In this document: piece after piece, positions 11,431 through 22,300 of the stretch
Layout: the number at the start of each line of letters is the position of its first letter
Position numbering within the stretch: the stretch's first letter is position 1
Assembly (NCBI GenBank): GCA_002269645.1
Contig: NIVC01001604.1
Span: 124,001 to 188,000 of the forward strand
Length of the DNA stretch: 64,000 nt
Source: Macrostomum lignano
Taxonomy: Eukaryota
Reading direction: 5' to 3'
Notes under the pieces: generated by a model
What the model saw: only the letters and a program-made list of their open reading frames with translations
Database searches by the model: none
What the model was told of the DNA's origin: nothing
Made by a program: the position numbers and the translations under genes

Positions 11431-14369
11431 ATATAAAAGCTAAAGCCAAAGGAATGACTATAATATGAGGGCCTAATATAATACAATTCCAATATAGCAT
11501 CTTTTTAGCATCTATTTCTCTAATTATTACCAATAGGAAATAAGTGAAATATATAGACCTAGGCTTATGCTTATTATTATCTATTTAGACACTTAGAGCT
11601 GTGGCCATCTTGGTGTGTAGCCATCTTGGTCATGCGCCATTTTTAAAAGTGTATAAATTTTTAAGTTTGTTATTTTACATGAATAATGAATTCAATAATG
11701 AAAAAAGCATATCACTTTGGTATATATAGTTATAAACATTTTTAGTCTTGGCATACAAATGTGGTCCTATACTTTTTTCCCTACTAGACCCAGTATATAC
11801 TAATATATAATCCAAACTAGTGTTTTGCTGTAAGGGGGGTCCACATGCTAAAGCCATAGCTGTAAGCATGGCTTATTCTAGTTCTCTATATTCTATTGCC
11901 ATTGGAACCACAATATAACCATATTCCCATAGTTCCCATAGCCATAGTTTTAACAAAAATTCTAAGAAGCAAAATATTTTGAATCAAGATAACCTGGTGC
12001 TTAAACAACTTCAAATTAAAGTAGAAAATAAAAAAACACTTGATTGCCTTTGTAAGTTTATATTTCATATTTTTTACAAAGAGTAACAATACTTGATCAC
12101 TATGAAATTACTAATGCTAAACATTTTTATATTAAAAGTCTAGAATACACTTTAGCAAAGTATATTTGTTTTACTCTACCTGTTTATAATATTTTTTAAA
12201 TTAAATATTATGGCTATAGGAATCTATAGAATAAGACAACAACTACTATATTTCCATAGTCGTAGTCATAAGAGCAACTATCCCATAGTCAAAAAGATAG
12301 CCTTTTGCATGGAAAATTTGGGCACAAAAGGGGGTTGGACATGCACCATTGAAGTGAAACGAAGGAGCCGTTAGCAAGAAGATGGGAGAAATCAGCCGAC
12401 ACGCGCGTGATGCGTGAACAAGCATCCAGCCTTGGCAGCAACTCCCCAGATGCACAAGATCTGCATGCCTAAAAATAGTCCTGATGATCGGCGAGCAAGA
12501 AGCCCAGCCATGCGACCCTCGCATGATGCATGCACAACCTCTGACCGACACTGCCTATTGGGCCTCGAAATCCCACTCTCTCTCCCTACTGCTCCTATTC
12601 CTCATTGCTCGCGTACAGTATGCTAGCTTATAAAATATACTGATTGAAGAGGAAAGATCCTCGCCTGAAGTTTGAGAATGTGACTCTAGAGATCACACAG
12701 AGAAAGTTACCATCGAAGTCCATAGTTCGTTGTCTTCCTGAACTGTTGGCAGAAGGAAACGATAATATGGGAAAAACCCATATAATTTTTCGTTTCACCA
12801 TGCCGCCAATGCATTCTAGCGCAACAGCAGGCAAGGGAGAAAAATCCGGTGCAGTATGTTGCAAGACAAAAAAATTGGCAAAATTTAGTGCAAAGGAAAA
12901 ATTACCAATGAGACAATATTTTCTTTGTCAGAAAATTAGCATGAAATTTTTTAGCACTTTTTGTTTGCTAGAATATATTAATGGCTTTTTTAATTAATTA
13001 CATTACTTTAACTAAGAACATTGCATTTTCTATGAACCAGATTCAAATACAAATTGTACTCAGTATTTTTTTATGGAAAATTACTGATTTTTGCATTTTT
13101 TAAAAGTTGTAATACACAGCATGAGCAGACTTTTTTGATAAGAATAGTTCCAGCGCACAATGCAAGCACACTTTTTTATTTCTGGTGCACGATGCAATTA
13201 TACTTTTTTGATAGGATTTGCTCTATTGCAAACGTGCCATGATCATAATTATGGCAGCTATTTACAATAGGTATATCTATAGTTGCCATAGGCACCTATT
13301 TTACTATATTTGCTATAAGATCCCATAGCCATAGCCATAGCTACAATGGAACACTAATCCAAACTATGGCTGAAATGACTATAATTTCTATAATGTTAAC
13401 AATAATTATAATTTATATTAAACTAATTAATAAAGTTCAAAAAATAGAAAATTAACTAGGCCTACATCAAATAGATAAAAAGAATCATTGACAATAGGAC
13501 CAGGGCTAATTTTTTGTAAAATTTAAAGCATTATTGGAACAAATCTAAAAATTTTTGGATGCCTTTTTAGGCAAACAAAACTTGACAAATGAATAATGAT
13601 TTCTATTCTATTATTACCAAGACAAGATGCTTGAATTGTAAATTGTCACTAGAATATATAATCTTAAGACCAATAGTCATGTATTTTAATAAAAGGAATT
13701 AACATAACATACTTACCTTCACTAGTGCTACTGCTCCGAGCTAAGCTGCTATTGTGACTTATATTTGATAAACTATTTCCTGATGCATAATTAGTCCCTA
13801 TTCCTTTTGCTTTCTTCCTACTAAGCTTCTCTGCTTTAGTGTTTTGTGCACCCATCAAGTCATTTCACAGGCACCTGACCATTTCTTACTCAAACAGTAG
13901 ACTTGGAGCAGCAGATTACAAAAAATATCAATCTATGATGGTAAAAAGGAGCAGGACAGGCTTTATGTTGATAAATTAAAAATTAAACACGCTTTCTATA
14001 AATCAACTAAACACTAATAGGTAAAATTATATAAGCTATCTTGTTTTGAGAAAATCTTTCATTTGAATCATCAACACTCAAATGTGAAGGCGATAAGGCA
14101 ATAATGCCAAACTGTGACCGGTTGAGATGATGTTCGATCGTGTTTGTATCCTCGAAACCCGAATTTCGTCCTGGGCGGACTTTTTTTCTGCGAAAGCGAA
14201 CTATATTTAACAAAGTTACTTTGATTAATATATTTTTAACTTCTACTAAACGATCTTTTTGTAGAAACTTATAAGTATTTATACAACTAGTTACCGTTTT
14301 TGGGGCATATAATACCTTAAGAATAATTCTTATTTCAACGGATTTCTACAAATATTAGCGAATTGACTA

Positions 14370-15838
14370 CACCATTTTACCCTCGCTTTTGAACAAATTC
14401 CTACTGGCCTCTCAACTTGGCATCAAGAGAACGACCGCATATTCCATTGTGAAGAGTGGACAAGTGGAGAAGCTTTCGTGCGGCGGAGCCAAGAACGTGA
14501 GGTGGGATGGTGAGATGCAAGAATATTTGTGCGCAATCGTGGAGCAGAATCCATTGCTGACTCTGAAAGAGATGAACCACCATGCTCAGACAAGCTTTTC
14601 TGAGAAGCAGCATGTCTCAGAAAAGACACTGAGCATAAAACTCGACGGTGCACTGTTCACAACGAAGCTGGCACGAGATCTTCCAGCTGAGCGCAACTCG
14701 CCAAGGGTTGTAGCCGCTCGTGAGCAATTTGCTCAGTGGATGTGCTCGCCCGAAGCATCTGACAGAGAAGATCTTTATTGACGAGTTTGGCTTCAACACA
14801 TGAATGCGGCGATCCTATGGATGATCTCTTCGTGGACAGCGTGTGTACCGACAGGTTTCTGGACAGAAGGGACAGCGCATCACCGTCTGCCTGGCAGTAA
14901 GCCCGGCACTTCCAGTCATACGACAGCGGCATGACAAAGGAGAGATTCGGCGAGTTTTTCACAATCACAATCGCCAAATTCCACAGCGTGTTTCCGGACA
15001 GCAGCATCAGTGTTGTCATACATGTAGACAATGTCAGCAGCCACAATGACGCCGAAAGCTACGAGGTCGAAGACGCTGTGGAAGTGAGATGACTGCCACC
15101 CTACAGTCCATTTCTCACCCCAGTTGAGAACGCGATATCATGCTGGAAGGCGGCTCTGAAGCGTCGACTGTCGGCGATCCAAGATTCCTTCATCAGGCCG
15201 ACCGAGCAGCAGCTTGCTGGTCGTAGCCTGGCGGCGTACCGCCGAGACATTCTACTCCGTGAGGTGGACGGCACCGCCGACTGCATCACTCCAGAGAAGG
15301 TGGCACGGTGGCTCAGCAATTGCTTAAGGTATCTGCCACGGTGCTTGGCGTCTCAGCCAATTGATGGCTAATGGAAATCAGAACCCAGCGCTGAACTATC
15401 GCTTCGCTTCTGCTGGCTTTGCCGTTTTAATCACGACGCTGTTAAACAAATATTTTTCGGAACAGTCCTGCATTCTCAAATGCTTTTTAAATTAGGCCGC
15501 CAAACTAACTGTTTATTGATAAAAAATCCTCGTTGCACGCCATCTTCCGTTACAATGAAAGTTTTTATCCTTGGAAATTTCCATGAACATGCTTAATAAA
15601 CCTTTGCACACCTCCCGTGTGATTTAATGTCTAAAGTGAATGTATCTTGTCTATCATGAATGTTGGTTGACTAAAGTGAAACGGAGTTTCAGCAGCTTAG
15701 ACCATAGACTGTTTAAGGAGAAGTGGCGTTTGTCGAAAGTGAATGTAGATTCGGGGCTCCAGTCTAAAAATGTCTAAACTGAAGTTCCGACTGTCTAAAG
15801 TGAAACGGAGTTTGTTCAAAAGCGAGAGTAAAATGGTG
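14370..15838 (+). mobile_element. Decayed IS630-Tc1-mariner DNA transposon
   Basis: 28-bp TIRs (CACCATTTTAC(C/T)CTCGCTTTTGAACAAA) flanked by TA at 14368-14369 and 15839-15840; internal transposase remnants. Confidence 0.85.
14389..15371 (+). pseudogene. Tc1/IS630-type DDE transposase pseudogene
   Basis: HTH remnant (ASQLGIKRTTAYSIVK), then IDEFGFN, VDNVSSH and LPPYSPFLTPVE motifs across frames; frameshifts and in-frame TGA stops near 14800, 14820 and 15090. Confidence 0.85.
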
Positions 15839-16050
15839 TAGAAAGCAGTAGCCTCCTGCTTATTGCCTGAAAAACTTTTTAGTTTTGAGTTTGGGTAAAT
15901 AGATGACTCGTCTTCTCTCGAACCATTTTTTCATTTAGAGGCAGAAGCTGTGTGCACCATGGCGCGCACTAATTGAGTGACCTTCTCACACATACAGCCG
16001 CGGCGAGAGGCATTTATACTGCTCCCATTCCGCCGAATCCCCTGGCCTTA

Positions 16051-16258
16051 GGCACACAAGCGCGCGAATCATATGCAGTTTACACGCACAGGCACACAAG
16101 CGCGCGAATCATATGCAGTTTACACGCACAGGCACACAAGCGCGCGAATCATATGCAGTTTACACGCACAGGCACACAAGCGCGCGAATCATATGCAGTT
16201 TACACGCACAGGCACACAAGCGCGCGAATCATATGCAGTTTACACGCACAGGCACACA
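16051..16258. repeat. 40-bp tandem repeat, about 5 copies
   Basis: GGCACACAAGCGCGCGAATCATATGCAGTTTACACGCACA repeated with exact 40-bp period. Confidence 0.97.
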
Positions 16259-17024
16259 CTCGCGCCCAGTGTCCAACGGGCCACAATTTCCGATCGTCAG
16301 GCATGTGCATTCTCTACCTGCAGTGTCTTAGGAGGGGCCAGTCCCTCGGGGCATTATTGCACGAGCAGACCCAAGCCGATCGATTGCATATAGCTCCAAA
16401 TTACATGTACGTGTAATGTAACTGCAATTGGAACATAAGAGCGCCGCGTTAGACCACTAGACTACACCCCTTTCTAAGCAGCTCATGTTGTATAATAATT
16501 GTCACCCCGGACCACTTGGACTGATCTACATGTACTCCAAGTTGTCCATGTGTCACTTCACCCATTTCGACTATAGTAAACTGCTAGATTTCAGTTGTGT
16601 TACTTTGAGTTTATAGTTAAACATGCGATAAACTGGTTTTGGATGTTTTAAGGACAATTCGAGCAGCCTTTTGATTCTGAGGCACGCGTACATGGTGAAC
16701 ACCCTTAGATTAGCAAGCTACTATACTGTATATGCGCTTCATGCCATATATTGAACAAAATTTGCCTTAATTTAGGTCTCTTAGCTTAAAACTAAAACAA
16801 TAAAAATTTCAGAAATAAATAATGAAGGCCATCACAAAACGCTGCCTCTACATGTTGATCGACTACTAGCTGTCCGAAGATTCAGAAAGAGAGCTGCCGA
16901 CGCATTCGTCTCATGCAGCCTGCAAAAATTGCTGCACTATCGCGTCCATGCAGAAAACGCGGCAGCCCAGCTGTTCGACGCCTTGAGCCATTACACTGTG
17001 GATGACCGCTGTTTGCAGTCTGCG

Positions 17025-17432
17025 TCAGACCGACCGCGAAGCTGCCTCGGAGTCGCCGCGCCCTTGCCGTAGCTGCTGCGGCTGCAGTACCGCTTTGCCT
17101 TCAAACTCCGCGTGATCTTCCGTAGTGCCTGAACTGTCGCCTGATGACATAACGGCGGCCGGGGCATTGTGAGCTGGCCCATCATCACACCCGATGTTCT
17201 TTGCCTTCAATGTCTTGAGTTGCTGAATGAGTCGCAGCTCGTTCATCTCAGCTGGTTTTCTGCTGCCTGACAGGTTGATGGAGTCGGCAGCGACCGGCTG
17301 CGGCTCGGATGAGCGCCGAAGCTGCTGAATGTCAGTCTCCTCCATCATGTCAAGTGTCTCCCCGAGCTTCACTGCAAGCTGCGCAATCGTTTGAAGTGCA
17401 TTCCTTTCATTACACTGTTCACTCTCTGCCAT
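17025..17432 (-). CDS. Unassigned 135-aa ORF (possible lineage-specific gene or element remnant)
   Basis: GC-rich island, ATG in GAGCGATGG context, helical/coiled-coil-like composition; no family motif recognised. Confidence 0.25.
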   Translation of the reverse strand: MAESEQCNERNALQTIAQLAVKLGETLDMMEETDIQQLRRSSEPQPVAADSINLSGSRKPAEMNELRLIQQLKTLKAKNIGCDDGPAHNAPAAVMSSGDSSGTTEDHAEFEGKAVLQPQQLRQGRGDSEAASRSV

Positions 17433-18469
17433 CGCTCTGCTAGTTGGCTAGGCTAGATTTGACTTGGATTTCGGCTCGGCAACCGGTCGGCAACGCCGCT
17501 GGGTTGTTGCTGCGCTGGTTTGGGACATAGACGCCCTGTGGCCTGAATGGACATGTAGAGTTACCATGCAAGGACAACTGAAGAGTTAATATAGCTCAAC
17601 AACAATCTCAACTCAGTGGCCTTGACATTCTTTACAAGAACTTTTTAAATATTTTACTACATAGTGATACACTTGCTTCCTTGCTTCTATTTTTCACCAT
17701 TTAAGAGAGCAGTGCAATTCTGCACAATGTCTCCGTTGCACAATACTAACTGTGCAAGACCCCGGAAATTGCGTTAGGGGAATTGCGTTAGCCCTCGCTC
17801 TTACTCATTGGCTAAAAATAGAAATGTATGGGCCAGATTTACAAGATTTCACAATCAAGCGTCACACGGTTTACATTCATTTGCAGCAGGGGGGGGGGTT
17901 CATAAATTAATACTCAAGCTTTAGTAATTAACACTTTACCAAGTTACCATGCTAAGCTATTTGATTAATTAAGAGCTAGATTTGAGACTAAATAAGCTTA
18001 GCTTTTGGAAACCTGGTCAGCAGTATTAATCTTTAATTCTTGATAAAACAAGCTGATGAATAACGGTAGGATTTATAGGGCCACCCTTTATTTTGTAGTG
18101 AAATTTCCGTCGACTCCGCCCCACTGCATCTCCAAGAACTGAAAAGGACTGGAAGGAATGTACAGACAAGGGGGCTGGGACAGGAATCCACCGCCACACC
18201 CACCCACTCTGCACTGTACAAGTACACTGTACACTTTACCCATAAAGGCCTAAGTACACGCAGCCCACCCAACCCGCCGGACCTATCTAAACAATTTTCA
18301 CGGTGCGCTGCAATCTTCTCTGCTTAAAACCGGCCTCGGCTCTCCGCTTTCTCACTCTTCGCTCTGCTGTCCAATCAAGCTCAGTTTTTCCCGTCGTGAG
18401 TTTTTCTAAATATTTTTATTTTCTGTTGCCAGTTCTGTTTGCCAAGTATGTGCGAAGGTTTTTGCACAT

Positions 18470-19266
18470 CACAATCCCCCAGTCCCTCAGAGTCCACAGC
18501 TACAACCCCCCAGTCCTTCAGGTCCGCAGCTACTAACCCCCAGTCCTTCAGGTCCGCAGCTACTAACCCCCAGCCCTTCAGGGTCCGCAGATACTAACCC
18601 CCAGTCCTTCAGGGTCCGCAGCTACTAACCCCCAATCCTCAGGGTCCGCAGCTACTAACCCCCAGTCCTTCAGGGTCCGCAGCTACTAACCCCCCAATCC
18701 TTCAGGGTCCACAGCTACAACCCCCCAGTCCTTCAGGTCCGCAGCTACTAACCCCCAGCCCTTCAGGGTCCGCAGATACTAACCCCCAGTCCTTCAGGGT
18801 CCGCAGCTACTAACCCCCAATCCTCAGGGTCCGCAGCTACTAACCCCCAGTCCTTCAGGGTCCGCAGCTACTAACCCCCAATCCTCAGGGTCCGCAGCTA
18901 CTAACCCCCAGTCCTTCAGGGTCCGCAGCTACTAACCCCCAGTCCCTCAGGGTCCGCAGCTACTAACCCCCCAATCTTCAGGGTCCGCAGCTACTAACCC
19001 CCAATCCTCAGGGTCCGCAGCTACAAACCCCCAGTCCTTCAGGGTCCGCAGCTACTAACCCCCCAATCTTCAGGGTCCGCAGCTACTAACCCCCAATCCT
19101 CAGGGTCCGCAGCTACAAACCCCCAATCTTCAGGGTCCGCAGCTACTAACCCCCCAATCTTCAGGGTCCGCAGCTACTAACCCCCAATCCTCAGGGTCCG
19201 CAGCTACAAACCCCCAGTCCTTCAGGGTCCGCAGCTACTAACCCCCCAATCTTTCAGGGTCCGCAG
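18470..19266. repeat. About 30-bp minisatellite (CAGCTACTAACCCCCAGTCCTTCAGGGTCCG), about 26 copies, in the probable MVP 5'-UTR intron
   Basis: Tandem copies between candidate donor GTATGT (18446) and acceptor TCTTCAG (19310). Confidence 0.93.
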
Positions 19267-19338
19267 AACCCAAATTCGCTGACTTTAACGCATTAAATTC
19301 GTATCTTCAGCTTAAAGATTCTCAGCAGCCGCAGCGTC

Positions 19339-22300
19339 ATGAGCAAGAAGCCCGCAGACGACACCAGCGTGGTCAGAATCCCGCCATTCTTCTACCTGCA
19401 TGTGCTCGACCAGAACTCGAACGTCACCCGCATCGAGACCGGGCCGCACACCTTCGTAAGGCAGGACAATGAGCGGGTCATCCTTGGGCCGGAGCGCATG
19501 GTCACTGTGCCACCCAGGCACTATTGCGTCATCGAGAATCCGGTAGTCAAGGCCGAAGATGGCAGCGTGAGCAAATCTGCTTCAAGTTCATTTTAGCTTG
19601 CTTTTGGACCATGCATTATTCTACTAGATTCTGATTGGTTGACTGCCTGCACAAACATTCAAAGCCAAAATCTTAGATCTGGTCCAGAAAAATCAAGGAA
19701 CAAAAAGCGTCTTGTAGTTGTTATCCATTGCTATTGTTTTGTTAACTCTGTCTGTCTCTCACTTCACTCACTTCTTCTCCTTTGTTGATTCCCATTGGCT
19801 GGCGAGCCTCCTCGATTCTGATTGGATGACGCAAAACGCTCTGTCTCCAACTCGATACGCAGGTCGTCTACGACACGTTTGGCCAAGCCAAGCTGGCCCA
19901 CGCCGACCAGGAGATCCGTCTGGCCCAGGACCCGTTCCCGCTCTACCCAGGTGAGTCGCTCAAGGTCGGAGTCTCACCTCTGCGGATCGTGCCGCTCAAC
20001 TCGGCGCTGCGCCTGAAGGCCCAGCTGGACTTCACCGACGACGGCGGCGTGGAGCGGATCGCCGGAGACGAGTGGCTGTTCGAGGGCCCCGGAGCGTACA
20101 TCCCGCGCAAGGAGGTCTCCGTCGAGGAGGTCGTCCGCGCCACCGTCATCAGGCCAAATCAGGCGCTGCGTCTACGCGCCAGGAAGGAGTGCAAGGACAG
20201 GGATGGCAAGCCCAGGTGAGGCGCCAGGAAGGAGTGCAAGGACAGAGATGGCAAGCCCAGGTGAGGCGCCAGGAAGGAGTGCAAGGACAGGGATGGCAAG
20301 CCCAGGTGAGGCGCCAGGAAGGAGTGCAAGGACAGGGATGGCAAGCCCAGGTGAGGCGCCAGGAAGGAGTGCAAGGACAGGGATGGCAAGCCCAGGTGAG
20401 GCGCCAGGAAGGAGTGCAAGGACAGGGATGGCAAGCCCAGGTGAGGCGCCAGGAAGGAGTGCAAGGACAGGGATGGCAAGCCCAGGTGAGGCGCCAGGAA
20501 GGAGTGCAAGGACAGGGATGGCAAGCCCAGGTGAGGCGCCAGGAAGGAGTGCAAGGACAGGGATGGCAAGCCCAGGTGAGGCGCCAGGAAGGAGTGCAAG
20601 GACAGGGATGGCAAGCCCCAGGCGAGGGGTCTATCGATCTAAAGCATCCAATGGCTTCACTGGCTTTATTCACCGAAATTCCCCCAACCGAATGGTAGGG
20701 TGTGCGGTGAGGAGTGGATTGTAAAGGTGACCGGCGCCTACCTGCCGGGCGCCTACGAGGAGGTGGTGGCCACCGTCGACGCCCTGGTTCTCACCGAGAA
20801 GAAGGCGCTGCACATGCGCGCCCTGCGCACCTTTGTGGACGATTTTGGCAAGACGAGAAAATCCGGCGAGGAGTGGCTGATCACGCTTGCCGACACGGAG
20901 TCGCATATTCCAGGTGAGCTGCGGCTCTGGGACCGGCTTTGAGCGATCACTGATGCTTTATTAGAGTTCGAGGCTTCTGCTGAGGAGGTGAAACTCTGGG
21001 TTCACGATTTGTGATGTTGATATTTAACGACTTTTAATTGTGAATTTAATTGTGAATCTGGGATTGGGAATCTGGGATTGGGAATCTGGGATTGGGAATC
21101 TGGGATTGGGAATCTGGGATTGGGAATCTGGGATTGGGAATCTGGGATTGGGAATCTGGGATTGGGAATCTGGGATTGGGAATCTGGGATTGGGAATCTG
21201 GGATTGGGAATCTGGGATTGGGAATCTGGGATTGGGAATCTGGGATTGGGAATCTGGGATTGGGAATCTGGGATTGGGAATCTGGGATTGGGAATCTGGG
21301 ATTGGGAATCTGGGATTGGGAATCTGGGATTGGGAATCTGGGATTGGGAATCTGGGATTGGGAATCTGGGATTGGGAATCTGGGATTGGGAATCTGGGAT
21401 TGGGAATCTGGGATTGGGAATCTGGGATTGGGAATCTGGGATTGGGAATCTGGGATTGGGAATCTGGGATTGGGAATCTGGGATTGGGAATCTGGGATTG
21501 GGAATCTGGGATTGGGAATCTGGGATTGGGAATCTGGGATTGGGAATCTGGGATTGGGAATCTGGGATTGGGAATCTGGGATTGGGAATCTGGGATTGGG
21601 AATCTGGGATTGGGAATATGGGATTGGGAATCTGGGATTGGGAATCTGGGATTGGGAATCTGGGATTGGGAATCTGGGATTGGGAATCTGGGATTGGGAA
21701 TCTGGGATTGGGAATCTGGGATTGGGAATCTGGGATTGGGAATCTGGGATTGGGAATCTGGGATTGGGAATCTGGGATTGGGAATCTGGGATTGGGAATC
21801 TGGGATTGGGAATCTGGGATTGGGAATCTGGGATTGGGAATCTGGGATTGGGAATCTGGGATTTGGTATTCTTTACTAGCTACCTGTAAGTAAGCGTGTT
21901 AGCTATTTATCCGCTAAAATGATGACTCGCAGGCGTGCACGAGGAGGTGCTCGGCGTCATCGGCATCACCACGCTGAGCAACCGGCAGTACTGCATCGTC
22001 TGCGACCCCTGCGGCGCGGATGGCAAGCCGCAGCTGGGCAAGAAGAAGCTCGTGCACGGCGAGCGCTCTTTCTTCATGCAGCCGGGCGAGAGCCTGGAGC
22101 GCGGCATCATGAATGTCTACGTGCTGAGCGAGAACGAAGGCCTGATCCTCCGCGCCCAGGAGGAGTTCAAGGAGGCCGCCGACCGGGTGCGCAAACCCGG
22201 CGACCGCTGGATGATCCGCGGCCCGGCCGAGTACGTGCCGCCCGTGGAGGTGGAGGTCGTCTGCAAGCGGACCGCCATCCCGCTGGACGTTAACGAGGGC

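Noticed and set aside
10700-14350. AT-rich stretch with short ORFs and CCATAG motifs as a further transposon
   Set aside because: No terminal repeats, TSD or protein motif could be identified.
16430-16472. tRNA-like 5' half on the minus strand (GGGGTGTAGTCTAGTGGTCTAACGCGGCGCTC); possible tRNA, SINE head or vault RNA
   Set aside because: Only a box-A-like segment; I found no box B/T-arm or closing acceptor stem. tRNAscan-SE or Infernal (tRNA and vault models) would settle it.
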